A stretch of DNA of 64,000 nucleotides from an uncultured Candidatus Saccharibacteria bacterium (GCA_964589005.1 CAZPQI010000001.1:67675-131674), one strand, 5' to 3'. Shown: positions 1 to 9,897, numbered from the stretch's first letter. Notes: a model not told the origin generated them from the sequence alone. Numbers and translations are program-made.

Positions 1-1288
1 ATTGTCCGATTGCCGTGTGGTACGTGTTCCCAAGACGCCAGGGATTTTCTTCTCCAAACACTTCTTTTTTCCATGCAGGTGTCGGCACAACTCCACGTCC
101 TTCAGCGCCTAATTCAATTCCAGTTTTTTTACCAAGGCCAAAGCGAGAAGCGTATGCGGCGAGTTTTTCTATTCCCAACCCTTCCTGATCTTCGTATCCT
201 CCTCCCACAGCATAAAAATATACGTTAGAAGAAACTGCTAATGCTTGAGTAACATTCACCCATCCGTGTACCTTCCAATCACGAAATATCGAATCGTTTC
301 CCGGTGAATAAGGATTAGGAATTCTAATTTCACCTGTAGAAAGAATTGACGTACTCGGCGTCACCAAACCTTCAGCAAGTGCTGCTGCTGCTATATAGGG
401 CTTCACGATTGATCCCGGAGTATATTCTCCCAATACTGCACGATTTAAAAATGGCTGTTGCTCGTCCACTGAGTAGCTACCTATTTTTTGAGTATCTGAA
501 CCATCGGTCATTATTTGTGGAGAATATTCTGGATAACTAGTCATCGCTATAATCGCCCCTGAGGTAACATCCATAATGAGTCCAGCGCCTCCCACAAAAC
601 CAGCTGTACGTGCACCTTCTTTTACCGCCTTAAATAAAGCACTTTGCACTTGCGCATCGATATTAAGCATGACACTCTCTCCGTCAATTGGATCTTCGAT
701 AGTATTTTCTGATTGAATATTATTTAGAGCATCTACCTCGATAATACGAACGCCGTTTGTTCCTTGCAAGATACTATCTAAACTACTCTCTATTCCATCT
801 TTACCAACATACTCTGTGCGCCACCAATATCCGCTCGCATCTTTTTCTGGATACCCTACAAATCCTAAAATATGGCCAAACCCCTCTGCACTAGTATACG
901 AGCGCAGTGAATACGAATCAAAAATATCTTCTCCTTCTTCAGGTAAGGGTGGTACATTCCACGCAAGCTCGTTGTTGTTTCTATCGTAGACATTTCCTCT
1001 TTCTGCAAACAACACTTCGTGATCAAGACGATTTTTCTGAGAAAGAACAGAGAATGCCTCCCCTTTTGCAATTTGCAAATTCCAAACTTGAAATGCAAAT
1101 AGCAATAAAATCAGCACCGTTGCAACTCCAACAAAATGCGGAACCATGCCATGAATAGAGCGCTCGACTCGCCCTTCGAACTGGTTAGTGTCAAAAGCAG
1201 GTAGATTAAAAGCGTCGAGTAAAACCTCGTCGGGATCTATTCCAGTATTTTTAATAAATCCTGTTGGTCCTTTTTTTCTTCCAAACAT
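1..1288 (-). CDS. mrdA: penicillin-binding protein 2 (peptidoglycan transpeptidase), C-terminus runs off window start
   Basis: Translating the minus strand from the ATG (revcomp of cat at approx 1286-1288) gives MFGRKKGPTGF..., a transmembrane segment, then the SIVK (SxxK) and SSN transpeptidase motifs. Open to the window edge. Not in the ORF track because no stop lies in the window. Sits directly downstream of mreBCD. Confidence 0.85.
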   Translation of the reverse strand, partial: MFGRKKGPTGFIKNTGIDPDEVLLDAFNLPAFDTNQFEGRVERSIHGMVPHFVGVATVLILLLFAFQVWNLQIAKGEAFSVLSQKNRLDHEVLFAERGNVYDRNNNELAWNVPPLPEEGEDIFDSYSLRSYTSAEGFGHILGFVGYPEKDASGYWWRTEYVGKDGIESSLDSILQGTNGVRIIEVDALNNIQSENTIEDPIDGESVMLNIDAQVQSALFKAVKEGARTAGFVGGAGLIMDVTSGAIIAMTSYPEYSPQIMTDGSDTQKIGSYSVDEQQPFLNRAVLGEYTPGSIVKPYIAAAALAEGLVTPSTSILSTGEIRIPNPYSPGNDSIFRDWKVHGWVNVTQALAVSSNVYFYAVGGGYEDQEGLGIEKLAAYASRFGLGKKTGIELGAEGRGVVPTPAWKKEVFGEENPWRLGNTYHTAIGQ

Positions 1289-1341
1289 TCACTTAGAATA
1301 AAATGTATGCGTCAATAGAGCAAGTTTTACTCATATCAATA

Positions 1342-1602
1342 TTATGAACTCCAAAAAAGCCTGTTTCGAACATATTCAATAAGTACTGTACTTACTAAAA
1401 AGAGGCTGGTATAGAAACCTCCAAAAAAAACTGCGTCACCCGTAACCGCAAACAAAAAATCGAGTAGTAGTCCGGTTACTACCACAAAGTAAGAGCGCTG
1501 TATCAGTAGACTTGCTAGTCCAAATAACACAATCATCCACCACATTCCTGCAATTGCGCTGGCAGTAAATATTCCCAATAAAAAAAGGTGGCAAGATTTC
1601 AT
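1342..1602 (-). CDS. mreD: small polytopic membrane protein, likely MreD-like
   Basis: 86-aa hydrophobic ORF immediately downstream of mreC in the mreB-mreC order. No recognisable motif beyond hydrophobicity and position. Confidence 0.45.
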   Translation of the reverse strand: MKSCHLFLLGIFTASAIAGMWWMIVLFGLASLLIQRSYFVVVTGLLLDFLFAVTGDAVFFGGFYTSLFLVSTVLIEYVRNRLFWSS

Positions 1603-1604
1603 AT

Positions 1605-2411
1605 TTACTGGCGCACTCGAGTGAATCGAATAGTCTCTAAATTAAGAGGTGTACGAACCCGAACATGTTGAAATGCGTCGGTTGGTTTTGTTTCTATATC
1701 TCCAATAAATCCAACTAACGCAGATCCTTCAGTAACCAATATAATAGGATCATTTATTTGTATAGGTACGTCGCGCGGTATTTTTGTAGTCATATTGCCA
1801 TTTCCTGTGCCAACCAAAAGCGCCTGCGTTACGCTTTCTCCGCTTCCGATAAGCACTTGTGTTTCTTCTCCTGCTGCTGAAAACAAAGTAACAAGTGCAC
1901 TTTTTTTATTACTTTCAGTAATCGAACCTATAACAACATTAGACGCACCGAAAACCAGTGACCCAACAGCCAACGGCGCACTACCAGAGTTTGCAACAAC
2001 GATAGTACCGTATGGATTTTCTCCACCGCGCGAAATAACTTGCGCCAAAATTCCTATGTTTGTGTGCGAGCTAGTGCCCGCAAGGAGTTTCCTCAACTCT
2101 TCGTTTTCTGTAACCAAAATTAAATTATTCAGCGAATACAACTCTAGCTCACGCACACGCTCTTTTAATATACGCATCTCTTGTTGTAAAGCCTTTTTTG
2201 AGGCTAGCGCAGTGTTCCATGTACTCAATGTATTTCCAAACACTCCTTCGATTCCCCAAAGTGATGCAGCTGGCGTTCGCACTACATTTGAAATTGACCC
2301 GCTAGTAAAAAAATTTACGGTGAACAACAGAACTATAACTATAGAAAAACCAAAAAATAATTTCTCTTTCGCTGGTTTTTTGTCTTTTTTATTCTGTAGG
2401 AGAGAGTTCAT
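1605..2411 (-). CDS. mreC: rod shape-determining protein MreC
   Basis: 268 aa with an N-terminal TM segment, a coiled-coil region (LKERVRELE...), then a beta-rich C-terminal domain. Lies between mreB and the mreD-like ORF. Confidence 0.8.
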   Translation of the reverse strand: MNSLLQNKKDKKPAKEKLFFGFSIVIVLLFTVNFFTSGSISNVVRTPAASLWGIEGVFGNTLSTWNTALASKKALQQEMRILKERVRELELYSLNNLILVTENEELRKLLAGTSSHTNIGILAQVISRGGENPYGTIVVANSGSAPLAVGSLVFGASNVVIGSITESNKKSALVTLFSAAGEETQVLIGSGESVTQALLVGTGNGNMTTKIPRDVPIQINDPIILVTEGSALVGFIGDIETKPTDAFQHVRVRTPLNLETIRFTRVRQ

Positions 2412-3477
2412 GTGTTTGTGTTATTAGTGATTCTTCATACAACTCTAAGTCTTCTAATATCATTCCCGTACCTCGTACCACGGCCGTCATCGGATCGTCT
2501 GATACGTATACCGGCACACCTATATGTTCGCTTAGCAACCCCGACAAGCCACGTATAAGAGCGCCTCCGCCAACTATGTATATTCCACGGCGCATCACGT
2601 CCGATATAACTTCAGGAGGTGCTGTTTCAATAACTTCCTTAACTGCATCTACCAATTGGTCAATCGAACCAGCAATAGCCTCGCGTATATCTGTATCAGT
2701 AATAATAACCTCTCGCGGTAATCCAGTAATTAAATCGCGCCCTCGCACTGTTCCTTCTAGTGGTGTCTCTCCTTCCACAACGCTCGCAGCTGTAATCTTT
2801 AGTTCTTCTGCTGACTTTTTCCCGATGAGAATCTTAAATTCGCTACGAATGTAATTCATAATGTCGTCGTCGAGCTTGTCTCCTGCAATTCGCACGTTTT
2901 TGGAGTTCACAATCCCCCCTAGAGAAATAATACCGATATCCGTTGTGCCACCACCGATGTCTATAATCATAGAGCCCGAAGGTTCTTTAACTGGTAAACG
3001 AATTCCGATTGCGGCTGCCATTGGTTCTTCCACAATAAACACTTCGCGCGCACCTGCGTTTCGTGTAGCGTCTTGTACGGCTCGGACTTCAACCGAGGTT
3101 ATACCTGAAGGAACACCAACGACAACACGAGGCCCTAAGAGACGAGTTTTTCCATCCTGCGCCTTACGAATTAAATAGCTAAGCATTTCTTCGGTAACTT
3201 CAAAGTCTGAGATCACTCCATCAACTAACGGCTGAACTGCAACAACATGCGCAGGGGTTCTACCCAACATGCGTTTAGCATCAGCTCCTATCGCCACTAC
3301 CTGACCAGTTTTTTGATTCAATGCAACCATCGAAGGTTCATTGAGAACTATTCCGCGGCCATTTACATACACCAGCGTGTTCGCAGTTCCTAAGTCAATT
3401 CCAATATCATCGGAAATCAATCCCATCACACGAGTGGAGAGATGCTTGAACCATGCCCGAAGTCGTTCCATACGCAC
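2389..3477 (-). CDS. mreB: rod shape-determining actin-like protein MreB
   Basis: 362 aa. Motifs GIDLGTANT, DIGGGTTD and VVRGTGM. The true start may be a few codons inside the tracked ORF. Confidence 0.95.
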   Translation of the reverse strand: MRMERLRAWFKHLSTRVMGLISDDIGIDLGTANTLVYVNGRGIVLNEPSMVALNQKTGQVVAIGADAKRMLGRTPAHVVAVQPLVDGVISDFEVTEEMLSYLIRKAQDGKTRLLGPRVVVGVPSGITSVEVRAVQDATRNAGAREVFIVEEPMAAAIGIRLPVKEPSGSMIIDIGGGTTDIGIISLGGIVNSKNVRIAGDKLDDDIMNYIRSEFKILIGKKSAEELKITAASVVEGETPLEGTVRGRDLITGLPREVIITDTDIREAIAGSIDQLVDAVKEVIETAPPEVISDVMRRGIYIVGGGALIRGLSGLLSEHIGVPVYVSDDPMTAVVRGTGMILEDLELYEESLITQTHELSPTE

Positions 3478-3478
3478 T

Positions 3479-4753
3479 TTAGATATTTAAAAGCTCCTGT
3501 TCGGTAACAAAGGTAGATGTACCAGTAGCTCGAGAAACAAGCTCGTACTCACCTGATTGCAGTGTTTTTTCACTTACGATTACACGTTTCGGAATTCCAA
3601 TTAAATCGGAGTCAGCAAATTTCTCACCCGCTCTAGCCTCGCGATCATCAAACAATACTGACATTCCGCGCTCTTCCATCTCTTTAAATAATCTTTCAGC
3701 ATCTTCTTTCACATCAGCATTTCCGTTATCAAGCGAAATTAAGTGATACGTAAACGGAGCAATTTCTTCTGGCCACACAAGGCCTTTGTCGTCAGAAAGC
3801 AATTCGGCAACAGTTCCCATGGCACGTGCTGGTCCAATACCGTACGAGCCCATAATAACCGGAATATTCTCACCTTCCTCGTTTTTAAAATTTAAACCAA
3901 GAGCTTCTGAAAAACGTGTACCCAGTGGAAAAATGTTTCCAACTTCGATTGCTTTTTCTTCACGCAATGCAACTCCTTCCCATCCAAGGTCTTTTATAAC
4001 CTCTTCGGTGTTCACTTCTTTGTTCAAGGCAGTACCCGTTTCGTCATTAATATAAATAAGGTCTTCTCCTGCATCAGATATTGTTTGGAACTCATCACTA
4101 AATTTTGAAAAAGAACCTCCGCTTGCAAATGTGCGATAGGTTTTATCTCCAATTCCCAATCGATTAAAAATTTTAGTGTACGCTGCCGCACAGCTTTCAT
4201 AAAATTCTCTAAATCCTTCTTCGTCGCGGTTGAATGAATACAAATCTTTCATCACAAATTCTCGAGTACGCATAATGCCGCTTTTTGCTCGAGTTTCGTT
4301 TCTGAACTTTGTTTGAAATTGATAAATGTATTTAGGTAAATCTTTGTATGAAGAAATGTGTTCCTTAAGAAGCCTCGTGAGTGGCTCCTCGTGAGTGTTT
4401 GCTAACCCAAGCTCTGAACCTGTGTGATATTCATCGCCTTTGTGTAAATTCGTTTTAAACCATACGTCAACTTCAGAATCCTCCCAACGTCCAGATTTTT
4501 TCCAAATTTCTGGGTCTTGCAATGCAGTCATGTCTATTTCTTGTCCGCCAATTGCGTCCATTTCCTCCCGAATCACCTGCACTACTTTATTAAAGGTGCG
4601 CAACCCTAGAGGTAGCAACGTATACACCCCCGCCATTTCTTTATGAATATAGCCAGCTTGAATAAGTAATTGAGCGTTTTTTGAAACCTCGTCTTTCGGA
4701 GCTTCCTTTCGAGTCTTGGTGAAAAGTTTAGATTGGCGAAGTGTTTGAGTCAT
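3479..4753 (-). CDS. proS: prolyl-tRNA synthetase (compact form)
   Basis: Class II aaRS motifs (FRNETRAKSGIMRTREF, GSYGIGPAR) and a C-terminal anticodon-binding domain. The start is taken at the internal Met (MTQTLRQSKLF); the upstream 27 codons look like a spurious extension. Confidence 0.93.
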   Translation of the reverse strand: MTQTLRQSKLFTKTRKEAPKDEVSKNAQLLIQAGYIHKEMAGVYTLLPLGLRTFNKVVQVIREEMDAIGGQEIDMTALQDPEIWKKSGRWEDSEVDVWFKTNLHKGDEYHTGSELGLANTHEEPLTRLLKEHISSYKDLPKYIYQFQTKFRNETRAKSGIMRTREFVMKDLYSFNRDEEGFREFYESCAAAYTKIFNRLGIGDKTYRTFASGGSFSKFSDEFQTISDAGEDLIYINDETGTALNKEVNTEEVIKDLGWEGVALREEKAIEVGNIFPLGTRFSEALGLNFKNEEGENIPVIMGSYGIGPARAMGTVAELLSDDKGLVWPEEIAPFTYHLISLDNGNADVKEDAERLFKEMEERGMSVLFDDREARAGEKFADSDLIGIPKRVIVSEKTLQSGEYELVSRATGTSTFVTEQELLNI

Positions 4754-4914
4754 ATGTCTGGCAAGTTTATCAGAAAACGTGACTAAACAAAACATTGACG
4801 TCCAGAACACTAGTGATACGCTGTAATAAATCAAGAACCATAAAGAGTCTCAAGGTGTGCATATAAACTTTGTATTCGCACCCTGCGGCTCCCTGTGGAT
4901 TGGTGCAAAAAAAA

Positions 4915-5011
4915 CTTCGAATGAACAGGGGAAGTCGCGAACGCCAGATCTCATTCGAAGTTAACGAGAACGGTCTTGGACATATGTAAGTATGCCCAAG
5001 ACCACTTTTTT
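4915..5011 (+). ncRNA. candidate structured small RNA / orphan plus-strand terminator between two minus-strand genes
   Basis: Two hairpins. The first is cttcgaatga...tcattcgaag, a 10-bp stem with a 26-nt loop. The second is ggtcttgg...ccaagacc, followed by ac+TTTTTT. Both flanking genes are on the minus strand, so the structure is unexplained by them. No conserved SRP, tmRNA or RNase P motif was recognised. Confidence 0.25.
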
Positions 5012-5039
5012 ATGTATCTGATTATTGCCAATACCAAAA

Positions 5040-6149
5040 CTACGAAAATAATTTCGCGATATCGTAATAGCTAACTACTAACATCAACAAGATTAATAGC
5101 GAGAAACCAATAATATTAAATATAGTGCTGACTTTTTCATTCATTGGTTTTCCCGAAATTGCCTCGATAGCAATAAACAGAAGTCGTCCACCATCAAGTG
5201 CGGGGAGTGGGATAAGGTTAATAACAGCAAGATTCACAGAAATAAAAGCTGTAAAATATAGTAAGTAGACAAAGCTAACCGAAGACGCATCCCCAACCAA
5301 CCCAGCAATACCTATTGGACCAGCAACCTGAGACCAGTCGGCAGACACGGTCACCACCGAAAGTAGAAAACCTCCCAAGCCTATAGTTACTGCTTTTAGT
5401 GCCTTCATAGTGCCAGTAAAACCTTGTGCGACTGCTTGTGTAAACGGTAGCGATTGATCTGCAACCAATGCCATGGCTATACCAACTGCTGGAGTACCTA
5501 GAGTTTCGTTGATTACACCATGAGCTGGAGTTAGCGTGACTGTTTCTACTGTCTTAACTTTCGAATTGCGTATATACGAAACTACAATCGCTTGCCCCGC
5601 TCTTTCTTGAATAAACGCAGAAATCGTACTTGGTAAAAGCTCCTGCAAGCTCTCGTTTTTGTCTTTTAACCCCACGAGCTCGTCTCCCGCTGCCAAACCA
5701 GCTGCCGCCGCTGGAGACCCCGAAATAACTGAACTAACGATGAGTCGTGTTTCCAAACCAACTGCATCTGCTTCGTCTATCGCAGTAGGAGCGCCAATCA
5801 TTAACGTCGTCGAAAACAACAGCCACGCAAATAGGAGGTTAAATGTAACCCCAGCAATTAACACCGCGGCCTGCACCAACTTTGGTTTATAGACAAATGC
5901 ACGCTTCTTATCTTGCTCGCTATATTTTTCGCTTATACTTTCGCCGAATATCTTTACAAATCCACCAAAAGGAAGCCAATTGATTGTATAGACCGTGTCT
6001 CCTAACTTTCCAATTGTAAATGCGCGCGGCGGGTAACCAATGCCAAACTCATCTACTTTAATACCAAATAATTTTGCAACTAGAAAATGTCCAAGCTCAT
6101 GGATTACAATGAGCACGACGAGGACTGCGATAAAAAGAACAAATGACAT
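5040..6149 (-). CDS. rseP: RIP zinc metalloprotease RseP/site-2 protease
   Basis: HELGHF (HExxH) near the N-terminus, a PDZ-like central region, multiple TM segments and a C-terminal LDGG motif. Confidence 0.9.
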   Translation of the reverse strand: MSFVLFIAVLVVLIVIHELGHFLVAKLFGIKVDEFGIGYPPRAFTIGKLGDTVYTINWLPFGGFVKIFGESISEKYSEQDKKRAFVYKPKLVQAAVLIAGVTFNLLFAWLLFSTTLMIGAPTAIDEADAVGLETRLIVSSVISGSPAAAAGLAAGDELVGLKDKNESLQELLPSTISAFIQERAGQAIVVSYIRNSKVKTVETVTLTPAHGVINETLGTPAVGIAMALVADQSLPFTQAVAQGFTGTMKALKAVTIGLGGFLLSVVTVSADWSQVAGPIGIAGLVGDASSVSFVYLLYFTAFISVNLAVINLIPLPALDGGRLLFIAIEAISGKPMNEKVSTIFNIIGFSLLILLMLVVSYYDIAKLFS

Positions 6150-6242
6150 AATTTATTAGTAGTTAGTTATTAGACGTTAGTCGTTATAGTAAAATTAATC
6201 AAAATATTGTAGTACATTTCCCTAGATACTAGCGACTAATGT

Positions 6243-6791
6243 CTACTGGCTAATTTCTATTTCTTTTTTCTTAAATAATTCTTCTAGCGAACTATTTCCT
6301 GTATCAATATGTTTTTGTAGTTCGTCTTTAGCGCCAAATTTTTCGTCTTCGCTCATGTCTCCTGCTTTTTCTTTTGCTTGAATATCTCCCCACGAATCTT
6401 CGCGTGCACCGCGCAAACTTTGGCGTGCGTCTTCCAATTTGTCTTTAGCAATTTTTATAAGCGAGTCGCGGCGCTCGGACGTAAGCTCAGGAAACGAAAT
6501 TCTAATCCCTTTGTCATCAACACCCACCCCAACACCAAAATTTGCGTCGTTAATTGCTTTCTCAATTTCTTTTATTTGCGAAGTGTCCCACGGAACAATG
6601 CGTAGCGTTCGTGCGTCCTCAACACCAATATTTGCCACTTGATTAAGGGGCATCCGTGAACCGTAGCTATCTACTTGAATTGAATCCAGTAGCGTTGGTG
6701 TTGCGCGCCCCGTGCGAAGTCCCTGATACTCTTTACGCAGCCATTCTTCCCCTTCAGTAATTTTTAACTGCAATTCTTTGAAATCGTACAT
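6243..6791 (-). CDS. frr: ribosome recycling factor
   Basis: 182 aa of typical Frr sequence (LRTGRATPTLLD..., VPWDTSQIKEIEKAI). Confidence 0.95.
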   Translation of the reverse strand: MYDFKELQLKITEGEEWLRKEYQGLRTGRATPTLLDSIQVDSYGSRMPLNQVANIGVEDARTLRIVPWDTSQIKEIEKAINDANFGVGVGVDDKGIRISFPELTSERRDSLIKIAKDKLEDARQSLRGAREDSWGDIQAKEKAGDMSEDEKFGAKDELQKHIDTGNSSLEELFKKKEIEISQ

Positions 6792-6863
6792 GCTGCATAG
6801 TATATAGTATTTTTAATTTTATTTACATTTATTTATATTAAACACCTTGAATACAAACACTTA

Positions 6864-6889
6864 AAGTGTATCGGTTAACCGATACACTT
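6864..6889. repeat. 26-bp perfect palindrome aagtgtatcggttaaccgatacactt (copy 1 of 2)
   Basis: Read directly from the sequence. An identical 26-mer occurs at 48616-48641. Confidence 0.85.
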
Positions 6890-6894
6890 CTCTT

Positions 6895-6944
6895 AAATAT
6901 TAAATACCCATTTTAATATATATTAAAATGGGTATTTAATATTT
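6895..6944. repeat. 50-bp perfect AT-rich palindrome
   Basis: aaatattaaatacccattttaatatatattaaaatgggtatttaatattt. Every position was checked base by base against its reverse complement. It lies in the 550-bp frr-holB intergenic region. Confidence 0.85.
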
Positions 6945-7341
6945 GAGTAAAAGAATAAAGAAAATTTGAGTGTCAGGAAACTTAAAAACAAAAAAGTGGT
7001 GTCGAAACACCACTTTTTAAGATTTTAACCAAAGTGCCGAATATTAAGTACGAAGCAAATATTTTTCGGCTTTTCGAGTCATTAAATTCAGCTTTTGTGC
7101 TGGTATTAGTGCAGCGTTTTCCTTATCCGCACGAAACACAAAGTAACGTAAACGCCACGGCCATGTCCTTGCGAGATATGGAAACTTTTTTGCCAACCAC
7201 CCCTTCGGTTTTTCCCATTGCAGATACAACTTCCTCTCATTCGAAATTGTCGAAATGCGTCTGTGTGTAGATTCGCTCATTTAATTAATCCCTCTTCGTA
7301 AGTTTCTGCTAATAAAACTATACCATTCCAAGTCAAGATAG

Positions 7342-7995
7342 TCAATTCTTTGGTACAACTAATGCAACACTTTCCATAAGTGTTTTAAGTGATGCTCCTT
7401 TGTCTTGTAAAACTTTTCGTACATCAATAATATGCTGCAGTGCAAGTGCGGTAATTTCCGTGTTCTTAGTATTCTTCGTACTATATAATTCTGCTTCAAT
7501 ATTTTTCAAAAGTTCCCCTGCCTCTGATACACTTTTTTCTTTAAGTATTGGCTCCAGTAGTTCTAACCGAGCGCCTGCAGATGCATGTAAAAATTCTTTT
7601 CCAGAAGTGCTTTCTTTTGTCGCCGTAGTCGAGTTTACCACCCAAACGCGAGAACGAAGCGTCGGTAATACATTTTGTATGCCTGTGAGACAGATAAAAA
7701 AGTGTGTTCGCTCTGGTGGCTCTTCAAAAAGTTTCAAGAGTGCATTTTGTGCCTCTCGCGTGCACGACTGCGCTCGATATATAAATAACTGCGTTCCTAG
7801 TGAACGCATACCCGCCATATGAATAAGTGCACGACTGTCATCAATCCCCAACGTTTCAAATTCGCGAACATGCACCTCAGCATCTTTGTGAGAACCTTTC
7901 AGTAATTCCTGCAAACCAATAAAAATCCCCTCGTCATCCTCAAGTAAATACGCATGGTGTAGATTTTTTGTGTCAATAGTTTTGAGAGATTCCAT
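7342..7995 (-). CDS. holB: DNA polymerase III delta-prime subunit (short form)
   Basis: Motifs HAYLLEDD, AQNALLKLFEEPP and LPTLRSR. The usual N-terminal P-loop region is absent or shortened. Confidence 0.8.
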   Translation of the reverse strand: MESLKTIDTKNLHHAYLLEDDEGIFIGLQELLKGSHKDAEVHVREFETLGIDDSRALIHMAGMRSLGTQLFIYRAQSCTREAQNALLKLFEEPPERTHFFICLTGIQNVLPTLRSRVWVVNSTTATKESTSGKEFLHASAGARLELLEPILKEKSVSEAGELLKNIEAELYSTKNTKNTEITALALQHIIDVRKVLQDKGASLKTLMESVALVVPKN

Positions 7996-8084
7996 TGTGT
8001 AAGTATACCGCTGTATACAAACTTACAAAAATAACAATTACGTGTTATACATTGACTAGAAAACACACAACTGGAGGAAAGAAT

Positions 8085-8630
8085 ATGCTTACAACATTTC
8101 GCACTGTCGATATATGGATTCTTGAAAAAGTTGTGGAGCCTTTTTCGTGGACCATTGAATCATTTACCAACTTTAGCAATTTTAGACAAGCACGAGTGAC
8201 ACTTCTGGCATTTTTTGTTTCCTCTTATGGATTGAATACCTCAGGTAGTAGCTTGAGTGTAGTGGAATTGATATCAATGGTTTTTGCTGTTGTTTTATTA
8301 TATTTCCATTCAAAATGGCTGGAAAAAACAAGAAACAGTGGCACACTTAGTATTGCTCGCACAGCGTGGTATCACGTTCATGGGCGATTAATGGGCTGGG
8401 CTCTTGTATTTGTACTTTTGCTCCTAACTATTGCCATGCTAGAACGTAGTGACGAAACTGGCTATCGGAAAGTAGAATTTTTGAGATCCGAATCTGATTT
8501 ATGGTTTAATCTGTTTCTACTGTATGTATACCCATTGTCGGCGCTTTTGTATAGTTATTTTTTAGCATGCAGTTCTATGCCAGCAAAATATGAGCGACAC
8601 TTATCGTCAAAAGAAGTGTATTCTTCTTAA
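8085..8630 (+). CDS. hypothetical membrane protein
   Basis: ATG preceded by GGAGGA at a 6-nt spacing. Several hydrophobic helices. A weak hairpin plus T-run follows the stop. Confidence 0.5.
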   Translation: MLTTFRTVDIWILEKVVEPFSWTIESFTNFSNFRQARVTLLAFFVSSYGLNTSGSSLSVVELISMVFAVVLLYFHSKWLEKTRNSGTLSIARTAWYHVHGRLMGWALVFVLLLLTIAMLERSDETGYRKVEFLRSESDLWFNLFLLYVYPLSALLYSYFLACSSMPAKYERHLSSKEVYSS

Positions 8631-8880
8631 AGACGCTCGACCAAAAGACCCTGCAGAAATGTGGGGTTCTTTTTTTATGTAATTTTTTTAAAATTGATAC
8701 GTACAGGTGAAGTTATCTTGCGAATACCGTGCTAGGAACACGAGTAAAATTTAGGTCATAGCGACTTTTATTTTTGGATGTAGTGCAAGGCGCAGGAGAA
8801 AAACAAAAGAGACGTATTAACAATACGGCGAGTGAAGTTTTTTGAACTGTAACGCAGTAATGCGCCAAAAATAAAAGCCT

Positions 8881-9897
8881 CTACCTCTTGGAGATGATTG
8901 CCTTTTTATAGACGTCTAAATGTTGTAGTGCTATTCCCGTCCCCTTCGCCACACTATACAGTGCATCATCGGCAAGAACTGCTTTCACTCCAGTACGCCG
9001 ATACACCAACTCTGGCAAGTTACGCAACTGCGACGATCCTCCCGACATGGTAATTCCGTTGTCGATAATGTCTGCCGCCAACTCTGGCGGTGTCTCCTGT
9101 AAAACGTCCCTAATAGCCTTTACAATTTCGCGTAGTTCCCGACCAATAGCTTTTACTATTTCATTTGTACTCATCTCAACCGAACGTGGCAACCCTGTTA
9201 AATAATCCCTACCTTTAACTGTCATTGTTAGCTCTTCTTCCATTGGCAAGGCTGAACCAATTTGGGTTTTTACATCTTCTGCCGTTTTGTCTCCTATAGC
9301 TAGATTAAATGTTTTTTTGATATGCGCGGCGATAGCTTCGTCGATGCGATTACCCGCACACTTTACTGAAGTAGAAGCAACAATTCCACCAAGTGAAATC
9401 ACCGCGACATCAGTGGTTCCTCCACCAATGTCAACAATCATATTTCCTTGAGCCTCATGAATAGGGATACCTGCGCCAATTGCGGCCAAGATCGGCTCTT
9501 TTACCACTTGTGCTGTTTTAGCTCCAGCTTTTACTGCTGCTTCAATAACCGCTCGGCGCTCGGCAGATGTAACTCCAGCTGGAACTGAAATCATCACATC
9601 AGGGCGAAAAAAGCTCCACCAGCTTGTTGCCTTGCGCATATAGTAGCGAAGCATTGCTTCAGTTACTCTATAATCTGCAATGACTCCGTCTTTCATAGGT
9701 CGATACGCAATAATGTCATCAGGGGTTCTTCCAACCATTTCTTTCGCTTCATCCCCCACTGCTAGAATTTTATTTTCCTGTTCAGACACCGCCACGACTG
9801 AAGGCTCCCTAAGCACAACGCCTTTCCCAGGAACATAAATAAGAGTATAGGTCGTTCCTAAATCTATTCCCAATTTTGGTGTTAGTGAAAATTCCAT
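8881..9897 (-). CDS. second MreB/Mbl-like actin homolog
   Basis: 338 aa with GIDLGTTYT, DIGGGTTD and VAKGTG motifs. A paralog of the mreB at 2389-3477. Confidence 0.85.
   Translation of the reverse strand: MEFSLTPKLGIDLGTTYTLIYVPGKGVVLREPSVVAVSEQENKILAVGDEAKEMVGRTPDDIIAYRPMKDGVIADYRVTEAMLRYYMRKATSWWSFFRPDVMISVPAGVTSAERRAVIEAAVKAGAKTAQVVKEPILAAIGAGIPIHEAQGNMIVDIGGGTTDVAVISLGGIVASTSVKCAGNRIDEAIAAHIKKTFNLAIGDKTAEDVKTQIGSALPMEEELTMTVKGRDYLTGLPRSVEMSTNEIVKAIGRELREIVKAIRDVLQETPPELAADIIDNGITMSGGSSQLRNLPELVYRRTGVKAVLADDALYSVAKGTGIALQHLDVYKKAIISKR

Noticed and set aside
1795-3178. Plus-strand ORFs 1795-2427, 2576-2854 and 2861-3178 overlapping mreC/mreB
   Set aside because: They are antisense to strongly supported conserved genes. 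Low-complexity Ser/Thr/Pro-rich translations typical of reverse-strand artefacts.
7034-7280. Mutually overlapping 78-aa ORFs on both strands in the frr-holB intergenic region
   Set aside because: No motif, they overlap each other, and the region is dominated by long palindromes. Treated as non-coding, though an unrecognised ncRNA cannot be excluded.
6792-7340. RNase P RNA, tmRNA, SRP RNA or 6S RNA in the 550-bp frr-holB gap
   Set aside because: No CR-I/CR-IV/CR-V RNase P blocks, no tRNA-like GGTTCGA tmRNA end and no SRP domain IV motif were seen. Cannot be fully excluded without a covariance-model search.
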